Source: Coraliomargaritaceae bacterium
GTDB taxonomy: Bacteria; Verrucomicrobiota; Verrucomicrobiia; Opitutales; Coraliomargaritaceae
Reading direction: 5' to 3'
Assembly: GCA_965656495.1 (NCBI GenBank)
Contig: CBFHKU010000001.1
Coordinates: 50,781-114,780, forward strand
Length of the DNA stretch: 64,000 nucleotides
Shown: piece by piece, positions 19,168 to 28,602 of the stretch
Layout: every line of letters begins with the position of its first letter
How positions within the stretch are numbered: the first letter of the stretch is position 1
Made by a program: the position numbers and the translations under genes
Notes under the pieces: model-generated
The model's input: the letters and a program-made list of their open reading frames with translations, nothing else
The model's database searches: none
Told to the model about the DNA's origin: nothing

Positions 19168-21522
19168 TTATTCAGCGGCCCCCGGAGCCGGTTCTGCGAG
19201 CCAATCAAAGAGCTGCGCCTCGTTTTCAATGCGGGTGGTGCTTTGGTATTCCGGGGCGAGGGCTTCTTGGTAGGGCGCTTCGGCGAAGCGGCGGCCCTGC
19301 AGGAGGATGGTGGCGCGATGACCCGGCGCACGAACGAGGCGCCCAAGGGCTTGGTGGATGCGCCGCATCCCGGGGAGACGGTAGCATTCGTGAAAAGCGG
19401 TCTCGCGGTCATGGGAGGGGTGCGCGGTGACGCGGGCTTCACGGACGCAATTGACCTCTGGGAGGGCGGGACCGACCACGATGGCGGTATGGACGCGCCC
19501 CCCGAGGGCGTCGATGCTTTCGGCATAACTGGAGCCAAGGATAAGGAAGAGGGCGTCCTCTGTAAGGAGAGCGGATTGGATGAAGGCCTCCTGTTCAGCG
19601 AGTTCAAGGCCGCGTGGTTGAATCGCGGCACGCGCCTGGGGTTCAAGGGTTTCAAGGTAGGCGCGGACGTTTTCGGCGTATTGATAGGAACTGAAAAAGA
19701 CCGCAACGGGAATACCCGGACTGCGCGCGATGCAGGCCGCCACCGAGCGGGCGGTGGTTTCAAAATGGAGGTGGCGGTTTTTGAGTCGGGTATCGACGCG
19801 GGTATCGACCGCGACGCGGTAGGCGTCCTCGCGCCAGGGGGTGTAACCTTCCACCACTTGTAGGGACTCGGCATCAAGCCCGCAACGCGCCATGAACTCG
19901 GGGTAGGGGGCGAGGGTGGCAGACATGAGGATTTGTCGGGCGAAGGGGCGCAGGCATTCCCGGATCCAGGGGGCGGGTTGAAGGCATTCGGCGCGGAGGG
20001 TTCCGGGGTTGGGAATCCATGCGAGGTATTCCTTTTGGGGTCGGGCGAGGGCCTCCGCGAGGTCGTGGATGCGGTGGGCGAGGTCGAGGGCAAAGGGCGG
20101 GGTGGCGGCGTAATCGAGGCGCGCCTCCCGAAAACTGCGGCTGAAATCTTCGCAGAGGTCGAGGGCTTCGTATTGTTTATTGGCGGGCAAGGGGTTCCCC
20201 GGTTTTTGGCGGTCGATCCAATGCGCGAGGGCGCGGCCCACCGCGAGGACTTGGCGTTTCGCTCCGGCGGACTCGAGGGCTTCGAGGGCAAAGAGCCACT
20301 CGGTGGCGCGGAGGGTATGACTGAGGGCATCGGCGGCACGGCGCGGGAGGTTGTGCGCCTCGTCCACTACGAGGCAGGTGCGCGCCGGGTCAAAGCCGTA
20401 GCTCTGTTCAAATACGTTTCGGCTCGCGGGGTTGAAGCAGTAATTGAGGTCCCCGATCCAGACCTCCGCATAGGGCAGGCAACTTTTGGTCAGGGCGTAG
20501 GGACAGATTCCGGTCTCGCGACCGAGGGATTTTGCCGCTTCCAATTCAAAGGTCCCGGCTTGGAAAAAATGTTCAGGGCGAAGGTCGGCCTCGTGCCAAC
20601 GGGTGGCGAGTTCCGCTTCGCAACGGGTATCACCGGTGCAGGTATGGGCGGCGCTTTCGATGCGGTGCTCGCGGCGGTTGCGCATCTGGATGGAGCGCAG
20701 GCCGGTGCCGAGCATCGCCTCAAGCTGCACGCGGGTCTGGACTTGTCCGGTCGATTGGCTGCTGAGAAAGATGAGGCGTTCATGGACGCCATCGAGGAGG
20801 GATTGGAGGGCGTGCTCGAGGACCAGCCCGGTCTTGCCGAATCCGGTGGGGGCTTGCAGGAGGAGGGTTGGGGCTTCGAGGGCGGCGGCTTGCAGGGCGG
20901 TTCGGAATTCGGCCTGCCCCTCGCGGAGGGTTTCGAAGGGCGGTTTGAGTTCGGCGTCCAGTAGGCGCCCGCGGGCGCTGCGGCGGTCCTCGAGAAAAGG
21001 GATGAGGGCGTCGAGCTGTTGGGTGAAGCGCGCCTCGTCGGCAGCTCCGAGGGCTTGGATTTGGACGGTGCCGGTATCGATATCGATCCAGGCGAGTTCG
21101 GCGCGGAGGGTGGCGGTTTGGAATTCAGGGAGGACGCGGGCGAGGGCGAGATAGGTGGCGGCCTGGGCGAGGTGTTGCGGGTAGCGGGCGGCGAGTTCCT
21201 CGGCGGGGGCGGGGAGGGTGGCGCGGATGGTTTTGACCTCGCGCAGGGTGAGGCTGTCGTGGGGGGCGGGAATGATTTGGTCGATGCGGCCCTGAATACG
21301 GAAGGTCCAGTCGCGGTGTCGCCAGATCGCCTCAAGGGGGACTTCGAAACGCGCTTCCGGAAATTGTTGGCGGGTTTGTTCGGCGGCGGTTTGATGCCAT
21401 TCCTGTCCGAGGGCGGCGCGCCAGGATCCCCCGCCGGGACGCGGGGCGGGCGGGGCATTGCGGAAGCTCGCCAGTTCGCCGACGCTGAGCTGTATGGAAC
21501 GCTCGAGGGGATCAATCTGCAT
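19168..21522 (-). CDS. XPD/DinG-family helicase with N-terminal PD-(D/E)XK (RecB/Cas4-like) nuclease domain
   Basis: N-terminal QGRIDQI...REVKT...QAATY; APTGFGKT; CPY; VVDEAHNL; MSATL; QALGRLVR. Confidence 0.82.
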   Translation of the reverse strand: MQIDPLERSIQLSVGELASFRNAPPAPRPGGGSWRAALGQEWHQTAAEQTRQQFPEARFEVPLEAIWRHRDWTFRIQGRIDQIIPAPHDSLTLREVKTIRATLPAPAEELAARYPQHLAQAATYLALARVLPEFQTATLRAELAWIDIDTGTVQIQALGAADEARFTQQLDALIPFLEDRRSARGRLLDAELKPPFETLREGQAEFRTALQAAALEAPTLLLQAPTGFGKTGLVLEHALQSLLDGVHERLIFLSSQSTGQVQTRVQLEAMLGTGLRSIQMRNRREHRIESAAHTCTGDTRCEAELATRWHEADLRPEHFFQAGTFELEAAKSLGRETGICPYALTKSCLPYAEVWIGDLNYCFNPASRNVFEQSYGFDPARTCLVVDEAHNLPRRAADALSHTLRATEWLFALEALESAGAKRQVLAVGRALAHWIDRQKPGNPLPANKQYEALDLCEDFSRSFREARLDYAATPPFALDLAHRIHDLAEALARPQKEYLAWIPNPGTLRAECLQPAPWIRECLRPFARQILMSATLAPYPEFMARCGLDAESLQVVEGYTPWREDAYRVAVDTRVDTRLKNRHLHFETTARSVAACIARSPGIPVAVFFSSYQYAENVRAYLETLEPQARAAIQPRGLELAEQEAFIQSALLTEDALFLILGSSYAESIDALGGRVHTAIVVGPALPEVNCVREARVTAHPSHDRETAFHECYRLPGMRRIHQALGRLVRAPGHRATILLQGRRFAEAPYQEALAPEYQSTTRIENEAQLFDWLAEPAPGAAE

Positions 21523-21525
21523 GGC

Positions 21526-22728
21526 CTAGGTGGTGAGGCGGGCGTGACCGCGCAGGGTTTGAAAGAGGAGCATCGCGGCGACAATGAGGGCGAGCCCGAC
21601 CCATGCCACCAGCGCGGGGCTGGAGCTCGCCAGAATCCAATACCCGAGGAAGGGGGCGAGGGTTCCTCGGAATCCGGTGAGCGCCATGTGAATGCTCATA
21701 TAGGCGGAGGCTTTTTCCGGCGGGGCGATCTTGGTGACCCAGAGCCCCCAGAAGATTTTACCGCCGCCCATCGCAATTCCCTGAAAGGCCATCGCGATGG
21801 CGAGCAGCCAGACATGGGTGGTAAAGAAGAAGAGCGCGATGCTCAGCAAGAAGCAAAGATTGAGGCTGTTGCGGGTCGTGACAAAATGGAGCTGGTCGAA
21901 GCGGCGGCCCCAGAATTTGGTGGAAGCGAGGCGCGCCAGAGCGGGGACCACCACGAGGAGGAGGGCGATGGTGGCATTGTTGGCATTGATTCCATAGGCG
22001 GGGTTGGCGAGGTATTCGACCCGGATCGGGATCGTGATGAGGTTGCCGAGACCGAGGAGCATCCACGCGCTGAGGATGAATCCAAAGAGGCGGTCTTTCC
22101 AGATGAGGCTGAAGCTTTGCCAGGGATTGCCGACGTGTTCGGTGGATAGCGGCGCACTGGGAACACCCCGCACCGCGAGGGCGCAGGCAAGAGCACAGAG
22201 CGCCATGAATCCAAAAAGGTATTTGTAGTTGAGGAGATCGAGGTCGAGGATTTCCCCGCCGAGCCAGGCGAAGCCCACCGAGAAACCGGCGGTGAGCATG
22301 AGGGGTGTGGTGACGCGGCGCCCGCGTTCATGCGCAGCGTAATTCATGGTATAGACCTGCACCATGAGGGGACCGTGTTGCACCATCGCCATCTGGCTCG
22401 CGATGATACAAAGGGTAAAGAGCAGGAGGTTGATCGCGAGGATCGCCCCCAGAATGAGGGCGGCGCTCATCACAAAAACAACCGCGCAGGCATAACTCGG
22501 ACGTGCCGCGAATCGTGCCGCCAGAAAAAGGGTGAGGGGGGTGAGCAAAAAACCCACCGGCCCCGCGCCCGCGATGAACGCCTTCACGGTCTCCGGCGCT
22601 TCAAAATACCGGATCGCGATGAGGAGCGGAAAGGCCTGCCAGCCCGCCTCCAGGATTCCCTGAAAAGGCGCGCGCCAGTTGTCGCGGCGGTAGGTTGCTT
22701 CGGCGTCGTTTCGCTCGGGTGTGCTCAT
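21526..22728 (-). CDS. MFS transporter
   Basis: About 12 hydrophobic segments, ERGR loop, WGRRFD motif-A-like; start set at MSTPE. Confidence 0.75.
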   Translation of the reverse strand: MSTPERNDAEATYRRDNWRAPFQGILEAGWQAFPLLIAIRYFEAPETVKAFIAGAGPVGFLLTPLTLFLAARFAARPSYACAVVFVMSAALILGAILAINLLLFTLCIIASQMAMVQHGPLMVQVYTMNYAAHERGRRVTTPLMLTAGFSVGFAWLGGEILDLDLLNYKYLFGFMALCALACALAVRGVPSAPLSTEHVGNPWQSFSLIWKDRLFGFILSAWMLLGLGNLITIPIRVEYLANPAYGINANNATIALLLVVVPALARLASTKFWGRRFDQLHFVTTRNSLNLCFLLSIALFFFTTHVWLLAIAMAFQGIAMGGGKIFWGLWVTKIAPPEKASAYMSIHMALTGFRGTLAPFLGYWILASSSPALVAWVGLALIVAAMLLFQTLRGHARLTT

Positions 22729-22802
22729 GCGGGTTGTGAAAACCCTAAACCTCGCCCATCGCGGGCAAACTGACAACCCCGGAAGCGAATTCGATCCGCA
22801 CT

Positions 22803-23708
22803 TTATTGCAGCCAGCCCAAATCCACCAGAAAGGCGTCCAGTTGCTTGGTGGTTTGGCTGAAATACGGCTCGCGGTTAAAGAAGCCGTGGCCCGCGTCCT
22901 TGTAAGTCTTGAGATCGACCGGCACGCCCTTCGCCTTCAAATGCATCTGAAAAAGCACCGCCGTTCCGTAGGGGACGGTCTTGTCGTTCGTGCCGTGAAA
23001 AATAATGGCGGGCGGGGTCGTTTTTACGACATGGTGAAAGGGGGAGAGCTCGACGGGTTCGACTCCCAGCCGGGCGCGCAGTTCGCCTTTCCTTGACCCC
23101 ATCTTCGCTTTGATCGCTTCGATGATTTCGCCAGACCGCGGCGCTTGGATGAAGTCGGAGGCAATCGGCGCCAAGACCGTGGCGGGATTAAACAATGCCA
23201 TCGCTTTCGGGGCGGCGGGATCGTCGGCATGAATCGTGCCGAGGCAGGCGGCGAGGTGACCCCCCGCGCTCCCGCCCCCAACTCCGATCCGGTCGCGGTC
23301 AATCCCCAGTTTTTCGGCATGTGCCGTCACGTAACGCAAGGCATCGAGGGCATCCTCCACACAACTCACCGCCTGCACCCCCTGACGCGACTTCACGCGG
23401 TAGTCCGCCACGATTCCGACCATCCCGCGCTGTTTCAAATACTCACAATATTTCACGAATTGCGACGGGGAACCGCCATTCCAACCCCCGCCAAAGAAAA
23501 ACAACATCGCCGGGGCAGCGGGCTCCGTTACCCCCTGCGGGCTGAATACCCAGATCTTCAAATCATAACCGTCCACGCTTTTATAGACGTAATTCGAGTC
23601 ACCCCCAATCTCCCGATGATAGGACTGCGCCCCATGGGTATGGAGAGCATTAAAAAGGAGCGCGAGGATCAGGAGGAGGCGAGAGGGGAGGCGTTGGATT
23701 GGTAGCAT
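22803..23708 (-). CDS. Secreted alpha/beta hydrolase (esterase/lipase)
   Basis: Signal-like N-terminus, FFGGGW, GGSAGGHL nucleophile elbow, HGTND, GHGFF. Confidence 0.88.
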   Translation of the reverse strand: MLPIQRLPSRLLLILALLFNALHTHGAQSYHREIGGDSNYVYKSVDGYDLKIWVFSPQGVTEPAAPAMLFFFGGGWNGGSPSQFVKYCEYLKQRGMVGIVADYRVKSRQGVQAVSCVEDALDALRYVTAHAEKLGIDRDRIGVGGGSAGGHLAACLGTIHADDPAAPKAMALFNPATVLAPIASDFIQAPRSGEIIEAIKAKMGSRKGELRARLGVEPVELSPFHHVVKTTPPAIIFHGTNDKTVPYGTAVLFQMHLKAKGVPVDLKTYKDAGHGFFNREPYFSQTTKQLDAFLVDLGWLQ

Positions 23709-23723
23709 GGGGAGGGGGTTATA

Positions 23724-24851
23724 TGGTGGGAAAGTATGAAGGTGGGAAAGTGGGAAGGTGGGGGAACGTCGAACATTGAACATCGAACAACTGCGTAGTC
23801 TCTGTGGTGAATTTGGCTTTCCAACTAACAACTTTCAACCCCATAGCTCTGCCGGAATATTCACCACGGAGGCGGGGAGAGCACGGAGTGAAGCTTGGAC
23901 GTTGAATCTTTAATGAAAATCTCTGTGCACTTGGTGCCTTTGTGGTGAGTTCAAAAGGAGTTATTAGTTGAAGGTTGTTAGTCGGGATTAGTCTTACTCA
24001 TACTCTTAATCTCAATAAGAAAAGTATTGTATATCGTGGAAGCGGCAATCCTGCCGCTTATTTAGTGATTGGAACCACGAATGGAGTTTAGGTGGGAAAG
24101 TATGAAGGTGAAAAGGTGGAAAGGTGATGGGCGTTGTTGGTTGATCGCTGAAAAATCGAACTTGTTTCACTATACTGTGTTCTTTGTGGTGAATAATAAA
24201 CCACGAATGGAGTTCAAGGTGTGAAAGCGGGAAGGTTGGGAACTACGACAGAGGCTGGATACCGTGGAAGCGGCAATCCTGCCGCTTTGCCTGTGCTTGG
24301 AACCACAAAAGACACGAAAAGCACGAATGGGGAGGTTGGCGAACTTCCAACGTTCAATGAACAACTTACAATCCCATAACTCTGCCTTGAGGCCAGCTTA
24401 GCTGGCGACCGCTGATGGGCGCTTATTTTCGCTAATCTTAATAAGAAAAGGGTTGTATTACGTGGAAGCGGCAATCGTGCCGCTTTGGAATCAAGGTTTT
24501 GTTTTCACCACCGAGGCGCGGAGAACACGAAGAATAAATGGTGGGAAGGTTGGGGAACATCGAACATTGAACATCGAACGTTGAAGGGGAACCACGAATA
24601 GACACGAATGGACGCGAATGGGGAAGGTTGGGGAACATCGAACATCGAACGTTGAAGGGGGATTAATTGGTGGGAAAGTGGGAAAGTATGAAGGTGGGAA
24701 GGTTGGGGAACATCGAACATTGAACATCGAACATCGAACTTTGAAATGTTCAGCTTAACGACTCCGTGCTCTTGGTGCCTCGGTGGTGAATTTGGATTTC
24801 CAACCAACAACATTCAACTAACAACTTTCAACTGCGTAGCTTCTGTGGTGA
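23724..24851. repeat. Intergenic mosaic of REP and micro-repeat modules (cluster B)
   Basis: REPs at 24036, 24264 and 24462; GTGGGAAA/GTATGAAG 8-mers; GAACATC 7-mers; TCACCACGGAG-type and AACCACGAAT-type triplets; CTTAAT 6-mers. Confidence 0.9.
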
Positions 24852-24911
24852 GTTTGAAGGGTGCTGCGATGCTTGCAATTCCTAGGAATTGGGACATATT
24901 TATAGCTCTTA

Positions 24912-26330
24912 ATGCGTCATCTTTGTTTAGTTTTATCTTTGGTTTTGGGTGTGGGTCTGGCTTGGGCCTCGGAGGATTCCAGTGCTGCGCCTGAAGCGCC
25001 TGAGGCGGGGGTAGCGCGAGTCTCGGTTTATGTGATTCCGGTGACGGAGGCGATTGATTCCCCGAATCTTTTTATTTTGCGGCGGGGTTTGAAGGAGGCG
25101 ATTGTGAATGAGGTGGATCTGGTGGTGCTGGACATGGACACGCCGGGGGGTCGGGTGGACATCTGCCTGGAGATGATGGAAATGCTGGATCGTTTCGAGG
25201 GGATGACCGCGACCTATGTGAATGAGGATGCGATTTCGGCGGGTTCTTTTATCGCGGCGGCGACGGAGTCGATTTATTTTTCTCCGCGTGGGAAGATGGG
25301 GGCGTCGGCGGTGATTCAGGGGACGGGTCAGGATGTACCGGAAACGGCGCGGCAGAAGATCGAGAGTTATTTGCGGGCGAATATCCGGGTGATGAGTGCG
25401 GCTTATCCGTATCGGGCGGAGGTGATTCGTGCGATGCTGGACGCTGACTATGAATTGAAGATCGGGGAGGAGGTGATCAAGCCGGCGGGGGAATTGTTGA
25501 CGCTGACGGCGGCGGAGGCGGTGAAGCCTTATGGGGATCCGCCGGAGCCGTTGCTGGGTGCGGGTATTTATGAATCGGTGGAGGCCTTGCTGGAGGATCG
25601 TTTTGGGGCGGAGGGATATACGATTGAATCGTTTGAGGTGACGTATTCGGAGGTCTGGGCGAAGTGGATGCAGGGTTTCGCGCCGGCGCTGATGGGCTTG
25701 GGGATGCTTTTGTTGTTCATTGAATTCAAGACGCCGGGATGGGGGATTTTCGGGATCGGGGGGATTGCGCTGATTGTGCTGTTCTTCGTTAGTCAAAACA
25801 TTGCGGGGTTGGCGGGGAACGAGGTGATTGCGCTGTTTTTGCTGGGGTTGTTGTTGGTACTGGTGGAGCTTTTGCTCCTGCCCGGAATTTTGGTGGCGGG
25901 TTTGGTGGGGTCTTTGTTGATGGTGGGGTCGCTGTTGTGGGCGATGGTGGATTATTGGCCGGGTGGTCAGACGGATTTCAGCTTTGATTTGTTTGTGTCA
26001 CCCTTGATGAATTTGATTTACGCGATGGCGATTGCATTGGCGGGCGGCTTGTTGCTCTCGCGGTTTTTGAAGGGGAGTTTTGTGGAGCGGGCCTTGGTGC
26101 TCGGGGACGCGGTAAACGGGGCGACCCGGGGTGAAGTGCGCAGCAAGGCGGCGGAAGTGGTCGGCGCGATCGGGGTGGTCTGTAAACCGCTGCATCCGGT
26201 GGGCGTGATTGAAATCGAGGGGGAGCGTTATGCGGCGCGTTGTGAAGTGGGCAGCCTCGATGCCGGCGCGAAGGTGCGGGTTTTGGAAGTTTCGGATTTT
26301 AATGTGATCGTGGAGGCGATGGAGGGATGA
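24912..26330 (+). CDS. nfeD: Long NfeD-family protein (ClpP-like periplasmic domain, TM region, C-terminal OB fold)
   Basis: DMDTPGG, AISAG, LLTLTA, IEFKTPG, C-terminal LHPVGVIEIEG. Confidence 0.85.
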   Translation: MRHLCLVLSLVLGVGLAWASEDSSAAPEAPEAGVARVSVYVIPVTEAIDSPNLFILRRGLKEAIVNEVDLVVLDMDTPGGRVDICLEMMEMLDRFEGMTATYVNEDAISAGSFIAAATESIYFSPRGKMGASAVIQGTGQDVPETARQKIESYLRANIRVMSAAYPYRAEVIRAMLDADYELKIGEEVIKPAGELLTLTAAEAVKPYGDPPEPLLGAGIYESVEALLEDRFGAEGYTIESFEVTYSEVWAKWMQGFAPALMGLGMLLLFIEFKTPGWGIFGIGGIALIVLFFVSQNIAGLAGNEVIALFLLGLLLVLVELLLLPGILVAGLVGSLLMVGSLLWAMVDYWPGGQTDFSFDLFVSPLMNLIYAMAIALAGGLLLSRFLKGSFVERALVLGDAVNGATRGEVRSKAAEVVGAIGVVCKPLHPVGVIEIEGERYAARCEVGSLDAGAKVRVLEVSDFNVIVEAMEG

Positions 26331-26791
26331 GCTGGATCATTGGATTTTTAGTGGTGGCCTCGGTGTTGATCTTCCTGGAGGTCTTGTTGCCGGGAGGGAT
26401 TCTTGGTTTGCTGGCGGCGGCTTGCCTGCTCGGGGCAACGGTGCAGACCGGGCTGGTCTATGACTGGGCGACCGCGAGTCTGGTCTTTATGGGGTCGATT
26501 CTCGCGGCTCTCTTGCTGGTGGTAGTGGAGTTTAAAATCTTTGCCAACACTCGCTTCGGGAAGCGGTTTTTTCTGAGTCGTGTGGTTGAGGGTCGAACGG
26601 CGCGCGCCTTTACCTCAGAAGATATGCGTGGAAAAGAAGGCCTGGCATTGACCCGCCTCAATCCGTCCGGCAGGGTGGAGATCGAGGGTCAAACTTTTGA
26701 AGCGCAGACCCGCGACGGCTACCTCGAAGCCGGAACCGCCATCACCGTAATTTCACAAGACAATTTTAAACTCATTATCAAGCAATCATGA
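26327..26791 (+). CDS. Short NfeD-family protein
   Basis: [11 protein letters not shown] and [20 protein letters not shown]. Confidence 0.85.
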   Translation: MSWIIGFLVVASVLIFLEVLLPGGILGLLAAACLLGATVQTGLVYDWATASLVFMGSILAALLLVVVEFKIFANTRFGKRFFLSRVVEGRTARAFTSEDMRGKEGLALTRLNPSGRVEIEGQTFEAQTRDGYLEAGTAITVISQDNFKLIIKQS

Positions 26792-27819
26792 ATATACTGA
26801 CACCACTCCTCATGGCCTCCGGCCTGCAACTTGCGATCTTCGGGATTCTCGGCCTTGCCGTGCTCGTCTTCTTGCTGGTTTTCATTTCCTACATTGGTCT
26901 TTTTGTGAAGTCCCTACTCGCGGGAGCGACGGTGGGATTCCCGACGCTGGTGGCGATGCGCCTGCGGGGGGTGCCCGCTTCGCTGATTGTGGATGCTCGC
27001 ATCACTGCGGTGAAGGCTGGTATTCAATTAAATTCCAACGATCTCGAGGCGCACTACCTCGCGGAGGGTAATGTCATCCAGACGGTGCAGGCCCTGATCG
27101 CGGCAGACAAAGCCAATATCCAGCTCGACTGGCAACGCGCCTGTGCGATCGACCTCGCCACCAAGGGCACCGGCAAGTCCGTCCTCGAGGCGGTTCGCAC
27201 TTCCATCAATCCCAAGGTCATCGAATGCCCCAATCCGCAGAGCGGACGCTCCACGATCGACGGCGTCGCGAAGGATGGTATTCAGGTGAAGGCGCGGGCG
27301 CGGGTCACGGTGCGTTCCAATCTCGACAACTACGTGGGCAGTGCCCTTGAGGAAACCGTTATCGCCCGGGTGGGTGAGGGCATTGTGACCACGATTGGTT
27401 CCTCGGATTCGTATAAGACCGTGCTGGAATCACCCGATACGATTTCGCGGGTGGTGCTTGACCGCGGCCTCGACGTGGGAACCGCATTTGAAATTCTTTC
27501 GATTGATATCGCGGACGTGGACGTGGGTGAAAACATCGGCGCCAAGCTCCAGGAATCGCAGGCAGAGGCGGATAAAAACGTCGCGCAGGCGAAGGCGGAA
27601 ATGCGTCGGGCCGCGGCGGTCGCGCTCGAGCAGGAGATGAAGGCGAAGGTGGAGGAAATGAATGCGAAGGTGGTCGAGGCGGAGGCACAGGTGCCGCTCG
27701 CGCTCGCGGAAGCCTTCCGTTCCGGCAACCTTGGGGTGATGGATTACTATCGCCTGAACAACATCAAGGCCGACACCGACATGCGTGATTCGATCTCGAA
27801 GGGCGAAGAAAATAGTTAA
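26788..27819 (+). CDS. floA: Flotillin-like protein FloA (YqfA)
   Basis: [46 protein letters not shown]. Confidence 0.93.
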   Translation: MNILTPLLMASGLQLAIFGILGLAVLVFLLVFISYIGLFVKSLLAGATVGFPTLVAMRLRGVPASLIVDARITAVKAGIQLNSNDLEAHYLAEGNVIQTVQALIAADKANIQLDWQRACAIDLATKGTGKSVLEAVRTSINPKVIECPNPQSGRSTIDGVAKDGIQVKARARVTVRSNLDNYVGSALEETVIARVGEGIVTTIGSSDSYKTVLESPDTISRVVLDRGLDVGTAFEILSIDIADVDVGENIGAKLQESQAEADKNVAQAKAEMRRAAAVALEQEMKAKVEEMNAKVVEAEAQVPLALAEAFRSGNLGVMDYYRLNNIKADTDMRDSISKGEENS

Positions 27820-27840
27820 GCGGCTCCCGCGTTCTCCGTC

Positions 27841-28500
27841 ATGGAAGACTTGTTCGATATCCTCATTCCGCTCGTGATTGCGGGGGTCTATTTCTTCGGG
27901 AATATGCTCTCGAAGAAATCCGGGGATGATTTGGAGGACGGCTTCCCGATGCCGCGCAAGCGGGAACGGGAGGTCGATCCGGAACAGGCGGAACGCCAAC
28001 GCCAGGTCCGGGAGGAGATTCGCCGCAAGATCGAGGAACGCCGTGGCGGGGCCCCTGCGACGCCGAACCCGCCGCCGGTGGTGGCCGCTCCGCCGGAACC
28101 CGCGCGCAGCGTTCGCGAACGCACGAAGCGTACCGATGAACGGGTCCACGAAACCCGCGCCCCTGCTCCGGTTCCCGAGTCGGTCGAAACAAAACCGGAG
28201 TTTACCTGGGATGCTTCGGACGATATTTACGAAAACACGATGCAGGCGCAGTTGGCGCAAATTGAGGCGACGCGGAAGAAAGCGGCGGCTTTAAAGGCGC
28301 AAAGTACCGCCGCGACGCAAAAGCTGGGGCGCCGGGATCGCAGGTCTTCCAAAGCGGGCAGGGGTCTTTTGAAAGGACCGGTCCGGGCGGCGTTGCGCAC
28401 GCCCGACGCGGCGCGTACCGCCTTTATCTACGGGGAGGTCCTCGGTAAACCGGTGGGTATGCGTCCGCACGCTTGCGGCGCCCACAAAGTGGCGGAATAA
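27841..28500 (+). CDS. Hypothetical membrane-anchored protein downstream of floA (YqfB-like position)
   Basis: N-terminal TM helix; C-terminal RTAFIYGEVLGKP motif; operon position. Confidence 0.65.
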   Translation: MEDLFDILIPLVIAGVYFFGNMLSKKSGDDLEDGFPMPRKREREVDPEQAERQRQVREEIRRKIEERRGGAPATPNPPPVVAAPPEPARSVRERTKRTDERVHETRAPAPVPESVETKPEFTWDASDDIYENTMQAQLAQIEATRKKAAALKAQSTAATQKLGRRDRRSSKAGRGLLKGPVRAALRTPDAARTAFIYGEVLGKPVGMRPHACGAHKVAE

Positions 28501-28602
28501 GCCTTTTTTATTGGTATTTAAGGCCTGAAGAATGCTCTGGAAAAGTGCGGGTTTTTCCGCATGCTTGCTTCGAAACCTTTTTCTCTATCAACAACTTCGG
28601 TT

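Noticed and set aside
19168..21522. Type IV CRISPR-associated CasDinG or Cas4 locus
   Set aside because: Neighbours are pyrB and an MFS gene, with no array or other cas genes.
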